A program made the translations under genes and the position numbers. Below are positions 36,797 through 50,042 of a stretch of 64,000 bases of DNA, in pieces. Under the pieces are notes generated by a model, which saw only the letters and a list, made by a program, of their open reading frames with translations, was not told the DNA's origin and did no database searches. The number at the start of each line of letters is the position of its first letter. Position 1 is the stretch's first letter. Source of the DNA: Fimicolochytrium jonesii (taxonomy: Eukaryota). Location: the NCBI RefSeq assembly GCF_025526975.1, contig NW_026515668.1:1-64000 (forward strand), in the 5' to 3' direction.

Positions 36797-39252
36797 TTAA
36801 TCCCACGCCCTTTTAGCTCCATCCACCCACCCCTCCTCTTCCTTCTCCGGTTCGTCATCATCCCCAACAACAAACCTCGCCTCCAGCGGCTCCTGCGGCT
36901 CCCGCGCCTCAATCTCCTCAATCAGGCGTCGGCTTGCCAGCACGCCTGAGCGTTTGGCGGGGACGGATGTGTGCAGGATGTGGGGTGGGGCGGGGGTGTC
37001 TGGGAAGAGGAGGGTTGTTGAGCGGGTGGTGGGTGTGGCTGTGGGTGTGTTGGGGGCCGAGCGGAACATTTGCGTCGCGAGGTGTTCGGCGTGCAGGCCG
37101 GGTGGCTTAATCGTGTCGGTGGGAGGGGAACGCTGCCCGGCACCATCACCGTCGTCATCCACCCCCGCGTGGTCCTGCTCGTCAGCGTTCCTGTCCGTTC
37201 TCGCTCCTGTCGTAGGGGCGGCGGGGCCAGGCGGAGTATTCATATCCACACCCGCCATCCAATCCAACCCGCCCGACGCAGCCGCCGAGCTCTCCAACAA
37301 CGCCAGCAGCGGCAACAGCTCCGAGGAGGGGTTATCCTGCGTAGGGTGAGGCTCCGCGCTCGGATCCCGTGTGCTCACAGCTCCGCTTCGATTGCGACTG
37401 GACCGGAGGGTCAGGTTGGGGTTTTCCGCTGCCACGAACGTCTTCTCGGCGTCAGCGTGCACGGCGTCGTCGGCGAGTTCATGGATCCCGCTTGTGAACC
37501 CACTGTGGAACGGGGGGGATCCGGCTGTGCGGGCTGCGGCTGCGGCACGTTCCCGCCGCGTCGCCCAGCCGTGGGTGCCGATGGGTGTGGGGAGCGATGG
37601 GGCTGCGTCGTCGCCGTTGAAGAGGGCGGTGAGGTCGTCGCTGGCGTCTTCTAGGGGTGGGATGTCATGGTTGGCGATTGTCTCCTCCTCCTCATTGTCG
37701 TCTTCCTCCGCTTCGTCAACGACCATCGGCTCAGGGACCCACCCCGCCGTGTCGTCATCACCCCCGCTGATGCGATGCCCCGCCGTCGACATCTGCGTGA
37801 ACTGCCTGATGGGCGCGCCATTCACCTTCCGCGCTTTCTCCGGGTTCGAGTCGGAGGACGGCTCGGCGGCGTGGGCGGCGGGCGAGATCTTCTCGAGCAT
37901 CGAGTCGCGGAGCTTCGTGAGGGCGGGCGTGAAGGTGGGTTCTGGGTCGGGCCCGTATTTCTCGAGACGACGGGCACGCGCGGCGGATTGGAGGTCGCGG
38001 AGGGCTGGGAATATTCATGATGGGGCAAATTTTAGATACCTCGGGATGGGATGTGGGGGTGTGGAAATAGGACGGGGTTTTTTTCTCTACCTTCAAAGTT
38101 CCGATTCTGCTCCTCCTTCTCGGCATTCCGTTGCCGCTCCCGTTCTTCGCGCTCGGCTTCGACTCCGCCGCGCGCCCTATCGGATCCGCATCAAAATAAG
38201 CAAAACTCTCTCATGTTCACCTTTTTGACGATCAAGATTGCAAAGCCTTACCAAGCCTCAACAGCCAGCCTCTCCTTGTCGAACACGGGCCGGTCGTCGA
38301 GATAGGTCAGTGTCGGGATGCGGGAGATCAGGACACGGCGGTAGTTTGGGATTTTCGCGATGACGGGGTTGGACATGAGGTTCAGGACCGCCTTTGCCGG
38401 GAAAACGAAAAAACGCCCACATTCAGTTGCCCTCCTTCTCATCATGTCCTCCCCCCATTGCGAGAACCAACACCTACCAGGTTTGGCAACCCCGCGAGCA
38501 CATCCACAATCGCAGGATCCTCCAACTTGTTCCCGCTCAGATCCAGAATCGTGATCCCGGGCGCCTGCATTAACCCCTCCAGATCCTCCCGAGTCCTCAA
38601 CAGATTCTTCGCAACCTGCAGCGTCTTCAGACTGTTCAACCCCTTCAGCCCCTCCCCATTGATGCGCTTGAGCAGGTTATTGTCGAGGGCGAGCGTGTCG
38701 AGCTGCGTGAGCGCGGACAGGTTCTCGATCTCCTCGATGCAGTTCTGTTGCAGGAACAGGCAGCGGAGGTCGGTTTGCGCTGAGAGGTTCTCGATCCGCG
38801 AGATGCCATTGCCTTCGAGCCAGAGCGAGCGCACGCCGGTGTATGCTTCGAGGTTTTCGATCTTGGCGAAGCCTGCCGGTGGGGCGGTGAGCGGCCGGAG
38901 CAGGTGGAGGGAGGCCGTAGATGATCAGATACTGCTGCTGGATGGTTTTCCTTACCTTTGAAATGCAGGTACAGCTTATCATTCAGTTCCGGAGTGTTGT
39001 ACAGTTTCTGTTCCTTGCATAGCTGCTGCACGTACTTCAAGGTCATACGCGTGTTCCTATTGACCAGTAGCAACAATCATAGATCAGTCCAAGATACATG
39101 AAGAGCAAGTGCTTCCTAGCTCTTTCGATCAATTCCAAGACTCCGTCCCGAACTCACCCCTGCTCATCAAGCTCCTTGGCGTTCCTGCGGAACCCGAACG
39201 CGCGAGAACCGGCGACGGCGCTGACGGGTGGCTCGGTCGCTAGCATGTTCAT
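36797..39252 (-). CDS. DNAAF1: dynein axonemal assembly factor 1 (LRRC50/ODA7)
   Basis: [49 protein letters not shown]22-type LRRs; [20 protein letters not shown]. Confidence 0.92.
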
Positions 39253-39539
39253 GCATATATTTACGGAGGATGAGTGTTGGCGCAGAACGGGTGCCAATTG
39301 AGATTGAATAACTACCACTCTTATGGTAGTCCGAGTGAAGTGAGTTGGGAAAGGGAGATGCCTTTGGGGGTTGGAACATGGTGAATGAAAGGCGCAAACA
39401 AGATGAACGCGAACACTACGCGAGATTAGGTAAGCAAAAGGAACACGTCCGGCTTTCACCCACCGGGCATACTGCTTCCCAAGTGTAAGTGCCCAGTCTC
39501 AACCCTACCCACCCCACCTCCACCACCACCGCCCCCACG

Positions 39540-40186
39540 ATGGCAACAACCGCCGACCCCGAACCCATCCAAAAAGAACCCGGCGCCGACACCCTCCCCT
39601 CCACCAGCCTCCCACTCACGTCGGCCCCGACCCTCGCCCCCTCCTCCTCCCAAAACAGCTCCGAAGAATGGCTCCTCCTCCGCATCGGCTCCCTCCCGCG
39701 CAACTCCCTGGGCTGGTTCCGATGCGGCGTCGGGTTCTACAACAAGAAGGATTTCACAAAAGCGATTGAATGTTTTGAGAAGAGCGTCGCTTTGGATCCG
39801 CTTAATGTGGGTAGATGTGCCCAGGCGGGTTATCGGAATCACAATATTACTGATGTTCCCCATCCCAACCCCAGTACAACGCCTTCCAGATAATGGCCCG
39901 CGCATGTATAGCCGTAAATCGTAAGTGTTGCCTTTGCGTCGAATCTTCCATCTCCAACCGATGTTTTTCCTTACCCTTTTTTTATTTGGAATTCTGTAGG
40001 CAAAGACGACGCAGTAGCAGCCCTTAAGCAGTCCGTGATGCTGGACAACCCTTCCGACTGGTACGTCTCATACCAATTCGAATCGCTGTTTTCGTTCGAT
40101 GTGATAGTGATAGTGGGCGCTGAACCAACTGATGTTGATGCGTTTGCAGGCAATTGTTGATTGAACTTACGTCGAATAAGGAGTGA
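39540..40186 (+). CDS. small TPR-repeat protein, 3 introns
   Basis: GWFRCGVGFYNKKDFTKAIECFEKSVALDPLN|YNAFQIMARACIAVN|RKDDAVAALKQSVMLDNP. Confidence 0.8.
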
Positions 40187-40467
40187 TGGGTTGCTGTGTT
40201 CCCCGTGTGCGTAAAAACCAACCTTCCGGTATTCGTTCTGCGCATCACAACGACCCCCCCATCTTGTACATATTACATATCCCAATAAAAAAAAAAGCGA
40301 AGATAGAAACCCTTTGGAATGCGTATGATAATCAAAGAACCAAAATGCAAAGCAACATCCATCAACGCCTCTACAGACACATCACGCCTTCAAAACAATC
40401 TACGCTAAAACCCATACGCCTTCATCCCCGCCTCTAAGCCCTAACCACCCACCCCGCATCTTCCCCA

Positions 40468-43400
40468 CTAACCCTCATCTAAACCCCCCAACTCCCCATA
40501 CTCCCCAAAGAACGCATCCCCCACCACATCCGGCTGTATCGTCATATCGTCAAGATCGAGCTCAAGCCCGCCGAGCTCCTCGTAACTCCCCGAGGCAGAT
40601 TCCGCAAAGAACCCGGTGAGCGCCACCGGCTTTCTTCCAACCTCCGCTTCGGGGATCTCCCCATCTTCCAGTTCCTCGCCGAGGGGTGTTCCCCGCGTTC
40701 TTTCAGATGCGGGTTCAGGAATTTCCCCATCTTCCAGGCCCGCCTCCAAAACCGCTCCCCCAATCTCTAGGCCCACCGGGTCCGCGTCTCCGTGACTCCT
40801 AACCCGAAGAACCCCACCCCGCGTCTGCACGCCTCCAATCCACTCGCTCCACCCCGCATCCCGAACAAGCAGTTCAACCCTCCCCACAACCACACACAGA
40901 CTCTTCGCCCGCGTGACCGCCACATTGAACCGTTTCGGAAACCCAATGAGCCCCATGTCGTTCTCCATGTCCTTGGCGAGGGCAGAGGGGCGCGTGCGCA
41001 CGGGGGAGATGAGGATTATGGGGAACTCTTGGCCCTGGGGGGGATCATAGAGAGGGGGCGGGAGGGGGGGGTCAGTGACGAGGGGGGGGGGGGGGGGGGG
41101 GGCGACCGAATGGGTGGCAGGGTGAGGGGGACGCACCTGGTAGTCTTCGACGGTGCCGACGTTAACGTCACGGAGTGTTTTTGCCTTTTTCGAGGGAACG
41201 CCTGAAGTGCGGATGGTAGTTTTCCGGAGCATGGAGCGGATGCGTTTGACTTGTTCTCTGAACGGTGACATGACTCCCACTAGAAAAAAAAAATTCGAAA
41301 CCAAAACGATGGGGTCAGTCCTCCTTTCATAATTCAAAGAAACCCCAACAATTGCGTTTCAAAAAAAGGGGGCGGGAAAGCCCACATACCCTCCCTCGCC
41401 TCCACAACCCCGGCCTCAACCACACCCCTCGCAACCCTCACCACCTCCCTCGCCTCCCGCAGATTCCACCACCCACTGACCCCATCGCCCTCCACAACCT
41501 CCGCGACGGCGTCCGAGTCCTCCTCGCCCACATCCACAACCATCATCGGCAGCCGCGGGTTCACCAACACCCCCTCCAGCCCCGCAATCACAACCCGATG
41601 CGTTTCGCATGGTTCGCCCACGGCGCGGAGGCGGGAGTTGTAGAATAAGCGCGAGGGGACGGTGAGGAGGGAGGGGTGGGAGCGGTAATTGTCGTCGAGG
41701 GTGCAGACGGTGGGGCGGACGCGTTTGCCCTTTTGGATCACGCGCGGGTCGGAGCCCGGTTTGGGGGCGATGCGGAGGTCGAGGCGGCCGGAGTGGGAGG
41801 GTTGGTACAGTTTTTGGGAGACGATGAGGCGTTCCATGAGTGAGATGTGGAGATGGGCGGCGCGCGCGGGGTGGGAGGTGACGCGTGGGCCGAGTTGGTA
41901 CGGGTCGCCGCAAAGGACGAGCTTTGCGGTGCGGGTGATGGAGGGTAGCGCGTCGGTGAGGAGGGTTAAGGGGAGCAAGGTGTCTGGTTCGGTGGCCTGG
42001 CCGGCTTCGTCGATGAGGAGGTGGGTGAAGTGGAACAGGGGGTCGTTCGCTAGCGGTGTGCGGTTGGGTTGGAGTGTTGCGCGCAGGTCTTTGTTGGCGA
42101 GACCGAGGGATTGAAGGAGGGCGGCATCGATGCAGGTTACGACAACCACCTTGTACTTCATGAGCGTGGCGAGCGGGGGCACGGTGTGGAAGAGGATGCC
42201 GTCGATTTGGGTGGTGCAGCAGTATCGGCGGAGGTCTTCGGGGACCTCGTCCTCTGTTCGGCGGGAAGGGTGATTGATCCTGATAAGCTCGTCGGGCCCG
42301 AGATACGCCGCGAGGCGGCGGGCGATGGTGTCGCAGGCCGAGTTGGACGGCGCCGAGACGATCACGCGGGCGGTCGGGGATCTCTCCTTTTTCAAGATCT
42401 GCATACAGCATTCCGCCAACGTGGATGTCTTCCCCGTCCCGGGTCCACCAATGATAACAAAGGGCACGTCGCCGTAATCGCCTTGCACTAGCCGTTCCGC
42501 GGCCATCTTCTGTGCCGGGTTCAGCTCGTTGTTGTAGAAAGTCAAGGTCGGTTCCGGGTCGCCGAGGGGAATGTTGTCGTCCAGGACCTTGCAATCGCTT
42601 TCCGTCGGGAACAACATTGTCCTGAGCCCGTCCATCGCGGTGTGCTCACCATTATTCCCAGCGTCCAGCGCCAACAGCGCCCGTCTCGCCAGCGCAGCTT
42701 CCTCCACCGGCAGCGGGAACGAGACCACATACTTGAACATATGCAGGCTCGATTGTCCACCATCCCCGGTTGCCATGATATCCGGCAACCCAACAAACAC
42801 CTTCCCATCGCGGCGTACCAGGTTGTGCACCCACCCGCGGTGTTCCTTCACAGTCCATTTGCTAGACTCGTAATTATCTTGAGTGAGCACCAGCGGGAAG
42901 AAGCGCACGTGGACTGGGTCCCCGCGCTGGAGGGGGGGCTTTCCATCTGCTATTCCGGGGACTTTGATGAGGTAGTTTGAGCATCCCGGTTCATTTGCCT
43001 TGGAGTGGAACTCCAGCGTCGAGTCGTAGAGTGTGTACTCTGCATATTGCCGCTGCACGGCACCGAGCTCCAAACGCAGAAGCAAGTCGAAATGCAATCC
43101 AAACGTGTCGGGGGAGAGCTTAAGGAAGAGCCTCGATTCCTGTTGGTCGGGTAGCATGGAAACAATGGGTAGCGAGACGAGTTGGTTGATAGTCGGATCG
43201 GTGATATTGGGCATGTTGGCGTGGAGCCATCTTCGCAAATTCAGACCGGACGGGGGTGCGGGCATCGTGGCGATCTGTGAAGGGGTCAGATCGAAGGAGG
43301 CGAGCTCTCGCAGCCATGCGGGGGTGAACTTCCCGGCAAGGACAGAGAGAGGCGAGACCCTGTCGACGAAGCTGATGCTGATGTTTCGCGTGAGAAGGAG

Positions 43401-44504
43401 GGATAGCGAGCCGATCCGGGGCAGGGAGGGTTTCGCATCGGCCGAGGATGCGCATGAGTGCGAGGAGACCGTTACGATCAAGCACAACGTGGCGTCGACT
43501 TTTCCAGCGGACGTTCGCCACCCGCTGTTGCAAGCGAGCGAGATCTGCGCGCTCTGGCCTGGTTCTACGCAAGTCGTAGGGTCTGGGACCGAGACCTGAA
43601 AGAACCCATGGGCGGCGTTGCTCAAGATCACCGCGTCCTCGATAGTAAAAGCGTAATTTCCGATCGCGGCAATCTCCAGCTGCTTTTGCTGGACGTCAGT
43701 GGCAGAGGCTTCCAGCAGTTTCACCAAATCGAAATTGAAAGGGGCGCTGTCATCGCCCATGTGCGGATAACCCGCAACCCGCAACCCGCAACCCTTTGCG
43801 ACGGCACTGAATGCCTCGCTTTGCACGGTCGCAAAGGAGTTCAGATCCTCCATCAACAACTGTTGTTCCATGGCGACCGCCGGGCGTCCCAGTGCCTGGC
43901 CCAACATGGCATCCACCTTCCGGAGCCGGCGTAAGGATCGTTGAAATTCTTCGGTTATGGGTTGGAGAGAAGCCGCAACACCTGCGTCGAAAGGTACCGT
44001 TTGTGCGGCAGCCTTTGCGGCCTTCGCGACAGCAGGAGGAGCCATCTCCACCTTCCTGCCAGATGGATCGGATATCGAGACTTTTGCGGGAGAGGCCCGT
44101 GATAAGGTGGTTGAGGTTGAGGAGGACTTAAGAAGCGGAAAGTCTTGCGGCGACAAGGCAGGCGCTTTGGATACACCTGCGGGCGGCAGTGGTACTGCTG
44201 GGGGTGTTGGCACGTAGTAGCCTCCGGAAGTAGGATGTGGAGGAGGTTCATACCGCAACGCATAGCCCGCCGGTGGTGGGCCTTGATAGTGAGGATAGGG
44301 AGGATAGGGAGGATAGAACATGTTCTGTTGCGGTGGGGGAGCGAAATACTGTCCTTGCAGCATCGCGGGAGGATACTGTCCATCGTGATAAGAGTAAGGC
44401 GGCATAGGCGGAGGGAACGGAGGACGTGTGGAAGGGGGTTGAGGAGGATTAGGAGGCCGTTTTTGCTTCGACTTGGCAGGTCTAGCCGTTGTGGGTGCTA
44501 CCAT
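40468..44504 (-). CDS. MOV10/SDE3/Armitage-like SF1 RNA helicase, 2 introns near 3' end
   Basis: GGPGTGKT, IDEAGQATEP, GDPYQLGP, LDDNYRSHP, VGTVEDYQGQE and KRFNVAVTRAK; MOV10-type barrel VPGIADGKPPLQRGD. Confidence 0.9.
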
Positions 44505-47500
44505 GATGACGCAGGTGCTAAACGGCCGGCGGATATCCGTAAGTCCTCCGCCTCTTAGACCATACGGTAAGTACGCAAGCACCGTAGTCCCGTCTGGACT
44601 GTCTAATGTCTATCTGACTTTGTAAACTGCGAGACGTTCAGGCTGAGGAGAATGGACGTTCTTTGTCTCGCTCACTTCGCCCGAGAGTCCCTCCTGTCGG
44701 TTGCCGTCAGTCGCTTGCTAGCTAACTAACTAACCGCCGCCTTTTCTTGACTCCGCTCGCCCCCCGCCGTAAGAGAACTGCTCAAAGACACAACTCATTG
44801 TTATTAAAGGTGGGACGCGGATACTGTACACGACTCAAATGGGAGTCGGGCATGCTGTCTTGATCTATAGCAACAGGGCCCGTCGCCTTGTTCTCTCGCA
44901 CGTACAGTCTCCTTACACCCTTCACACACAGCACGACAGGAAGACGGCGATTTTTTTCTTTTGAGAACGCGGACATTGCATTGCAGAAACGATACACAGC
45001 ACGAAACGTATTTACGACAAGTTCACAACAACCCAATGTACTCATGCACGACTCGAGATCTACAAAGGCGGCTTCCGCAAAAGAGCGCAACAGGAGGGTG
45101 CCAACAGTAACGAAAAGGCTCATAAGTGAGAGGGGTTGGTATCCAGAGCATCCCACTCGAGTCCGGCCCGCAGGCCGACTTGTGAATTGCACTTAACGGG
45201 TAGCTGCACGTGGACCGCTTTCATGAGTCGATTGCAAGTTTCCAGCTCTGGTAACTCCGAAAAGTCGTCATGGAGAGTGAAACCGATGCATGACCCGCAG
45301 TTTCTGATAATCCACCAGAGCTTGCGCCCTGTGTTCTTTCGAACATGTGTTATGTGCTTGTGGGAGCCTGTCCCAGGTGAATGTGAGACGCGAGTCGTTG
45401 CGCGTAAACGCAACGACTCCGTCCGTATGTGTTCCTGGAATCACAAGCTTGGAAGCCAACCCCCTCAATTATGCCTGTGTACTGTCGGGCACCGTCGTGT
45501 CTTCGCGATGCGTGAACGAAGCCGCCTGCCTACTAGGAGTGACCCTGTCTTGGCTCACTCACTTGACCTTCATACGTACCCGAAGAAACCTAAACAATTA
45601 CAAGGAAATGCAGGATCAGCGTCTGTTACAACACGAATGCATATCAACGATAGTGGCAATGAGTAGTGGGGGGTAGCACGCCTCAGACATCCAAGGAAGG
45701 TGCTTCTGCCGGCATCGGGACTTGCGTCCCTTCGGAGGAAACTGCGAATATGGTAATCTTCATCCACGGCAGTGCTGATACCCCCCACTCACTATGCTGG
45801 GAAGGAGGAAGGGAGAAACCAACCTGCTCGGACGACTGTGGTCACGACATGAAAGCGGTACTGAGATTGTTGCTCATCGAACCATGTTGGGACCTTTAAG
45901 TATGAGAAGGAAAACAGTTGATGAGGAACCAATCCCAAAACACAAAGAGATGAATAAAAGGAATCACGCAGCGGTCTTCCACAAGCAGAGGGGTCAGAAA
46001 AAGCACTGGCTAGAGTGAACCCCGCTCCGTAAAGCGAGGCGCCGTTTTCAACATGGTCGATTAGACGGGGAAAGAATTGCTATCATCATACCCGGGCGTC
46101 TGCCAGTTTGAATCGTGCTGCGTGATTCCTGATGAGGGGGGTGGGAACGTAAACATACCGAGCTGTGGGATCACCTATGAGGGGAGCGTCGCTGAAGAGA
46201 GATAGGCGCGCGGATAGTAGAGAGATACAGGTGCAGCGCCTGCCTGTCCCAGCACGCTCCGTCGAAAACAGATTGGGGAACGGAATGGGTGGTAAACTCC
46301 GGCGGTGGCAGGGTCTCCTTTTATAGGCGGGGGGCGGGGGTGGGTTTTTCTTCGACAAGGCCTAGTCACGTGGACAGTCATGTGACCGTCCGAACGCGTG
46401 TATTTGAATTGCGGGGCACCCGTGGTTTGCAGCAACTGACACTAGTATCTACGCGTCGTCGCCGTTTTCAGCTTCACAATAAACGGAGCTTCCCTTTTTC
46501 GACGCAGAGCGCTGGACAGGCAAGGGCAGCGCGTGAGCGCCGTTGGTGCGGGACTTCAGCGGAATTGTCAGGGCTATCAGAATCACCAAAAATATCTGAA
46601 TAAAGTTCCGGACTGGCTGAGTTATGGCAGATTTTGGGTAAGGAATGGGTGAGGAAGAGAGGCCCAAAACGGCGTCCGGCGCCGTCGCGATAACCCCCAA
46701 AATGGGTGGCGCAGCGAGGGTGCCCCTGAGCCCTCCGTTGAAGAAGGCGCTGAAGGAGCGCATCGCCAGCCAGTACGCGGCGATGGTGAAGATCATACGA
46801 GGACACCCCATGCACTCCTCCTAAGCTGCTCGTTTTTCTGTCTTTGTAACGACGCGTCGTGTTCATCGATCAACCTCTGCACTGCGTCCGAACGCGAAGG
46901 CAGCATGCGGAGGTAATCCGCCACCGGCAACATATCTGCGTCCTGTCAATCACCGTGGTCTTCTGTATCATCGCCATCGTCAAAAGGTATAGGCCATTGT
47001 ACAGTCAGGTAGCAAAAAGCTGTCTCTCCTCCTAATTGAGGTCAATGACCGTCCCACAAGGCGGAGAGGGCGGCACTGACTTAATCTCGCGGAGAGACAG
47101 CTTTTTGCTACCTGACTGTATTTCAAAGCCGCACGTAATTTACTACGAGCGATGGCGAAGGTGCGGCGTTCAAAAACTTCAAGTACGTTCTGAGCCGGAC
47201 CAGATCCTCCAGTTTGATTGTCACCATCGGGTCGTAGATTTTCTACGTACGGGTCAGGCTCTGTCTAAAGGTCTGTTTTTCCAGAAGAACCCAACAGGAT
47301 TTGCCCTCGACGAAAGGTATGGTGTTGCCGGCCTTGTCCACTGTCACAAATTCCAAGGCTTTTCCGAAGGCGATGGGCGTTTGCTGAACGTCTGTGGGCC
47401 GAACGGGAAGGTGCTTCTTACGATACGCTTCTGGCTGCTCGCTCAACCAACGCTCAGGGTCTGCATTTGAGGAGTACGCCGGCATCGGGCACACAGTCAG

Positions 47501-48066
47501 CTCGGTTTCAAGCGTGTCCATCTTGAGCGCAACCTGCGTCACTAACGCTAAATGATAGTTGGCTTTGCCTGAACCGGAACCCAATGTGAGACCAGAAGAG
47601 GAAACCGACGCCGGTCCGCCGATGGGTCTACCCAGCCTGACTTTGATGACTTCTCCGATGGAGGGAAGTCGCCTTGGTCTTGTTATTGGAAGTGTACATC
47701 AAGCTACGTATTTAGCGCGCGCGAACTCGATCCATCGCTATCGTTAGTTCAACAACCGGTTGTCAATTGTACATTTGTATGGTACGTATATTCACTATGG
47801 TACAAAAGGTGGGAGTCCCGGATAAACCAAAAAAAAAACAAAAACGGAGGAAAAGACGGACGGGATTACGACGGTGGGATTTAGGGGGGTTGGGGAAACT
47901 CAGCTCGTTGCGATGGGGTGGGCAGTTTTGCGGTAACCGGCGATACAAGCGGATGGTGGGCTGTACAGGCGACGTGTGGCCCGCTGGTGAAATGGCTAGG
48001 TGAACGACGGTTTGTGCACAGAGTCGTGATGTGATCTGACCGGATCCTCTTTTGCGTCGCCTGCGT

Positions 48067-48813
48067 CTACTGACCCGACTTCACGATCGACACTATATGT
48101 ACAGAAAAGGGTGATGAGCAGACACGTCTCGAAACCTCCTCGCCAATTCCACATCAAGTCCATCCGCCCAACTCTTTTCCGCGCGCAGCCGTACATCCCC
48201 ATCATGCCCACCACACCTCCCCACATCCTGGCATCCCGCATCCCCGATCGCATCCAACCCAAAAGAAATAATCCCTTACCAATGATGATAATAAGAATAA
48301 CAGCAACAATGCCTCCAATGATAAGTTTCATCTTCATATCCTTCCACCACATCTGTTTCCGGACGCGGGAGGCGCCGCGTTGGAATTGGAGGGATGATTG
48401 TTGGAGATCATCTGTTGAAAAAAACAGAATGTCAATCTTATTTGATGGATAGAGGGAGTTATGACAGATGGGTATTGGGGTCAATTGGGTGGATGTGAAT
48501 GACATGGGGCGGTGGGGTGGGATGGGGGTTTACGCACCGGTCTTGTTCTGTAAGGTGTCTAATTGTTCGCCGCGTTGCATGACCTTGTTGATGTTGTCCT
48601 ATTATCCATAGATGGAACAAAACGAGGTCAGAACTCCACCCCTCAATACCTCACCCCACTTGCTCCGCTTTCCTCCCCCTCCGCACGCACGCACGCAAAA
48701 CCCTCCCGTGATCTCCAGTTGAGTCGACTGACACGCACCTGCATGATCCCAACAACCTCGTTAACCTGGTTCTGGACCTGGCCTGTTTTCGAGGGACCTT
48801 GCTGGGAGGACAT
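48067..48813 (-). CDS. synaptobrevin/VAMP R-SNARE (Snc1/2-like), 3 introns
   Basis: QVQNQVNEVVGIMQ|DNINKVMQRGEQLDTLQNKT|DDLQQSSLQFQRGASRVRKQMWWKDMKMK plus TM. Confidence 0.95.
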
Positions 48814-48971
48814 CTTTGCGTGAGTGGGTGAGTGAGTGGTGTGGGTGGTGTGAGAGTGAGTAGTGAGATTGTGTAGTGAGAGAGGTCGGGCTGGGAAGTG
48901 TATCTACAGTAGGTGCGGTTGTTTTTGAGAGGCCGGAAAGTTGAACGCCAAGGGGGGTTGAAGGGGGGCAT

Positions 48972-49591
48972 GTGAAGCGAGGCTTTTTGGTGGCCGTGAC
49001 TGCGCGGCAAATACAGTATAACAACTACACTTCCATCGCTCCACCTCGGCTTCTCGACAAGGACGACTGGAAGCATTTCTTCGTGAAGAGCACGATAGCC
49101 GTGGAGGCGGCTCCTAGGATCAATGGGACCTCCTTTCACAAGAACCTGCATGTCTGTCTGCATATCTTTCGCGGGGCCGCCCACTAACAACCGCATGGGC
49201 TTCGTGCTCTACCACGACTTCGGCACCACCCCCATCCTCCACCGGCCCCTACCTGATGTGGGTTTGCCCTCGGAGCCGTGGCCAGGGGCTCGGAAGAGAG
49301 ATGGTGCGGTATATAGAGGCCAAAGCCGTCTTCCAGGGGGACACCCGTTGATGGCCATCGCCGCGTATGAGGAGGCTTTGGACTTTTGGAACCGTATGGG
49401 ATATCGCGCCGCCCGCGGATTGCCTCGAGTGGGGTCAGGCCCGCTACTATAAGGAGCTGCAGCCTGCACATTATAGGTGCGATGTTCGAATGGACATCAT
49501 CACGGCAGACGGCGGCCTGGTCGCCTTGTCAGACGTTCTCGATGAACATCTCCTCCAACGTCCGCCTCCGCCTCCGTCCTACCATGGTTGA
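48972..49591 (+). pseudogene. frameshifted GNAT acetyltransferase-like remnant
   Basis: Motif A YLMWVCPRSRGQGLGREMVRYIE (~49250-49320) is in a frame missing from the ORF track; motif B-like EEALDFWNRMGY is in another frame. Confidence 0.6.
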
Positions 49592-50042
49592 GCGGCCCAC
49601 TTCCAGCAGCTTCCGATCGTCCACCACCACTGCCTGCACTTCGGGGACGCAGAGGGTAACCACCGAATGAATGAACCACCCTGCACTCTTTACGATTTTC
49701 GGTTCGGAATTTTCCTTCGCGGCGAACGATATCGCAATGGTAGCCGGCGGGATGCGTTTTCTCCAATCGCATGAACTCTTCTCGGGGGGGCATCCACCGC
49801 TTCGTCATTCAAAAAAAAAAAAACGAACCTTTCATTTGTTGGTGAAACCGCTACACCGCAATACGCACAAAAAACACTTCAAAAATTTAATAAAGAACAA
49901 ATGACCTATATAAATTACGCTAATGCTATGTGAAACACCATGTGTGGGAAATGGCAATGCTACGTACTGTGTGAGGTGTGTGTGTATGTGATGTGTGTGT
50001 TGCATGTACGCGCAACCATGGAATATGTGTGTGACTTGCTTT

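Noticed and set aside
41416..42594. 392-aa Arg/Pro-rich ORF
   Set aside because: It is an alternate-frame shadow of the GC-rich helicase CDS.
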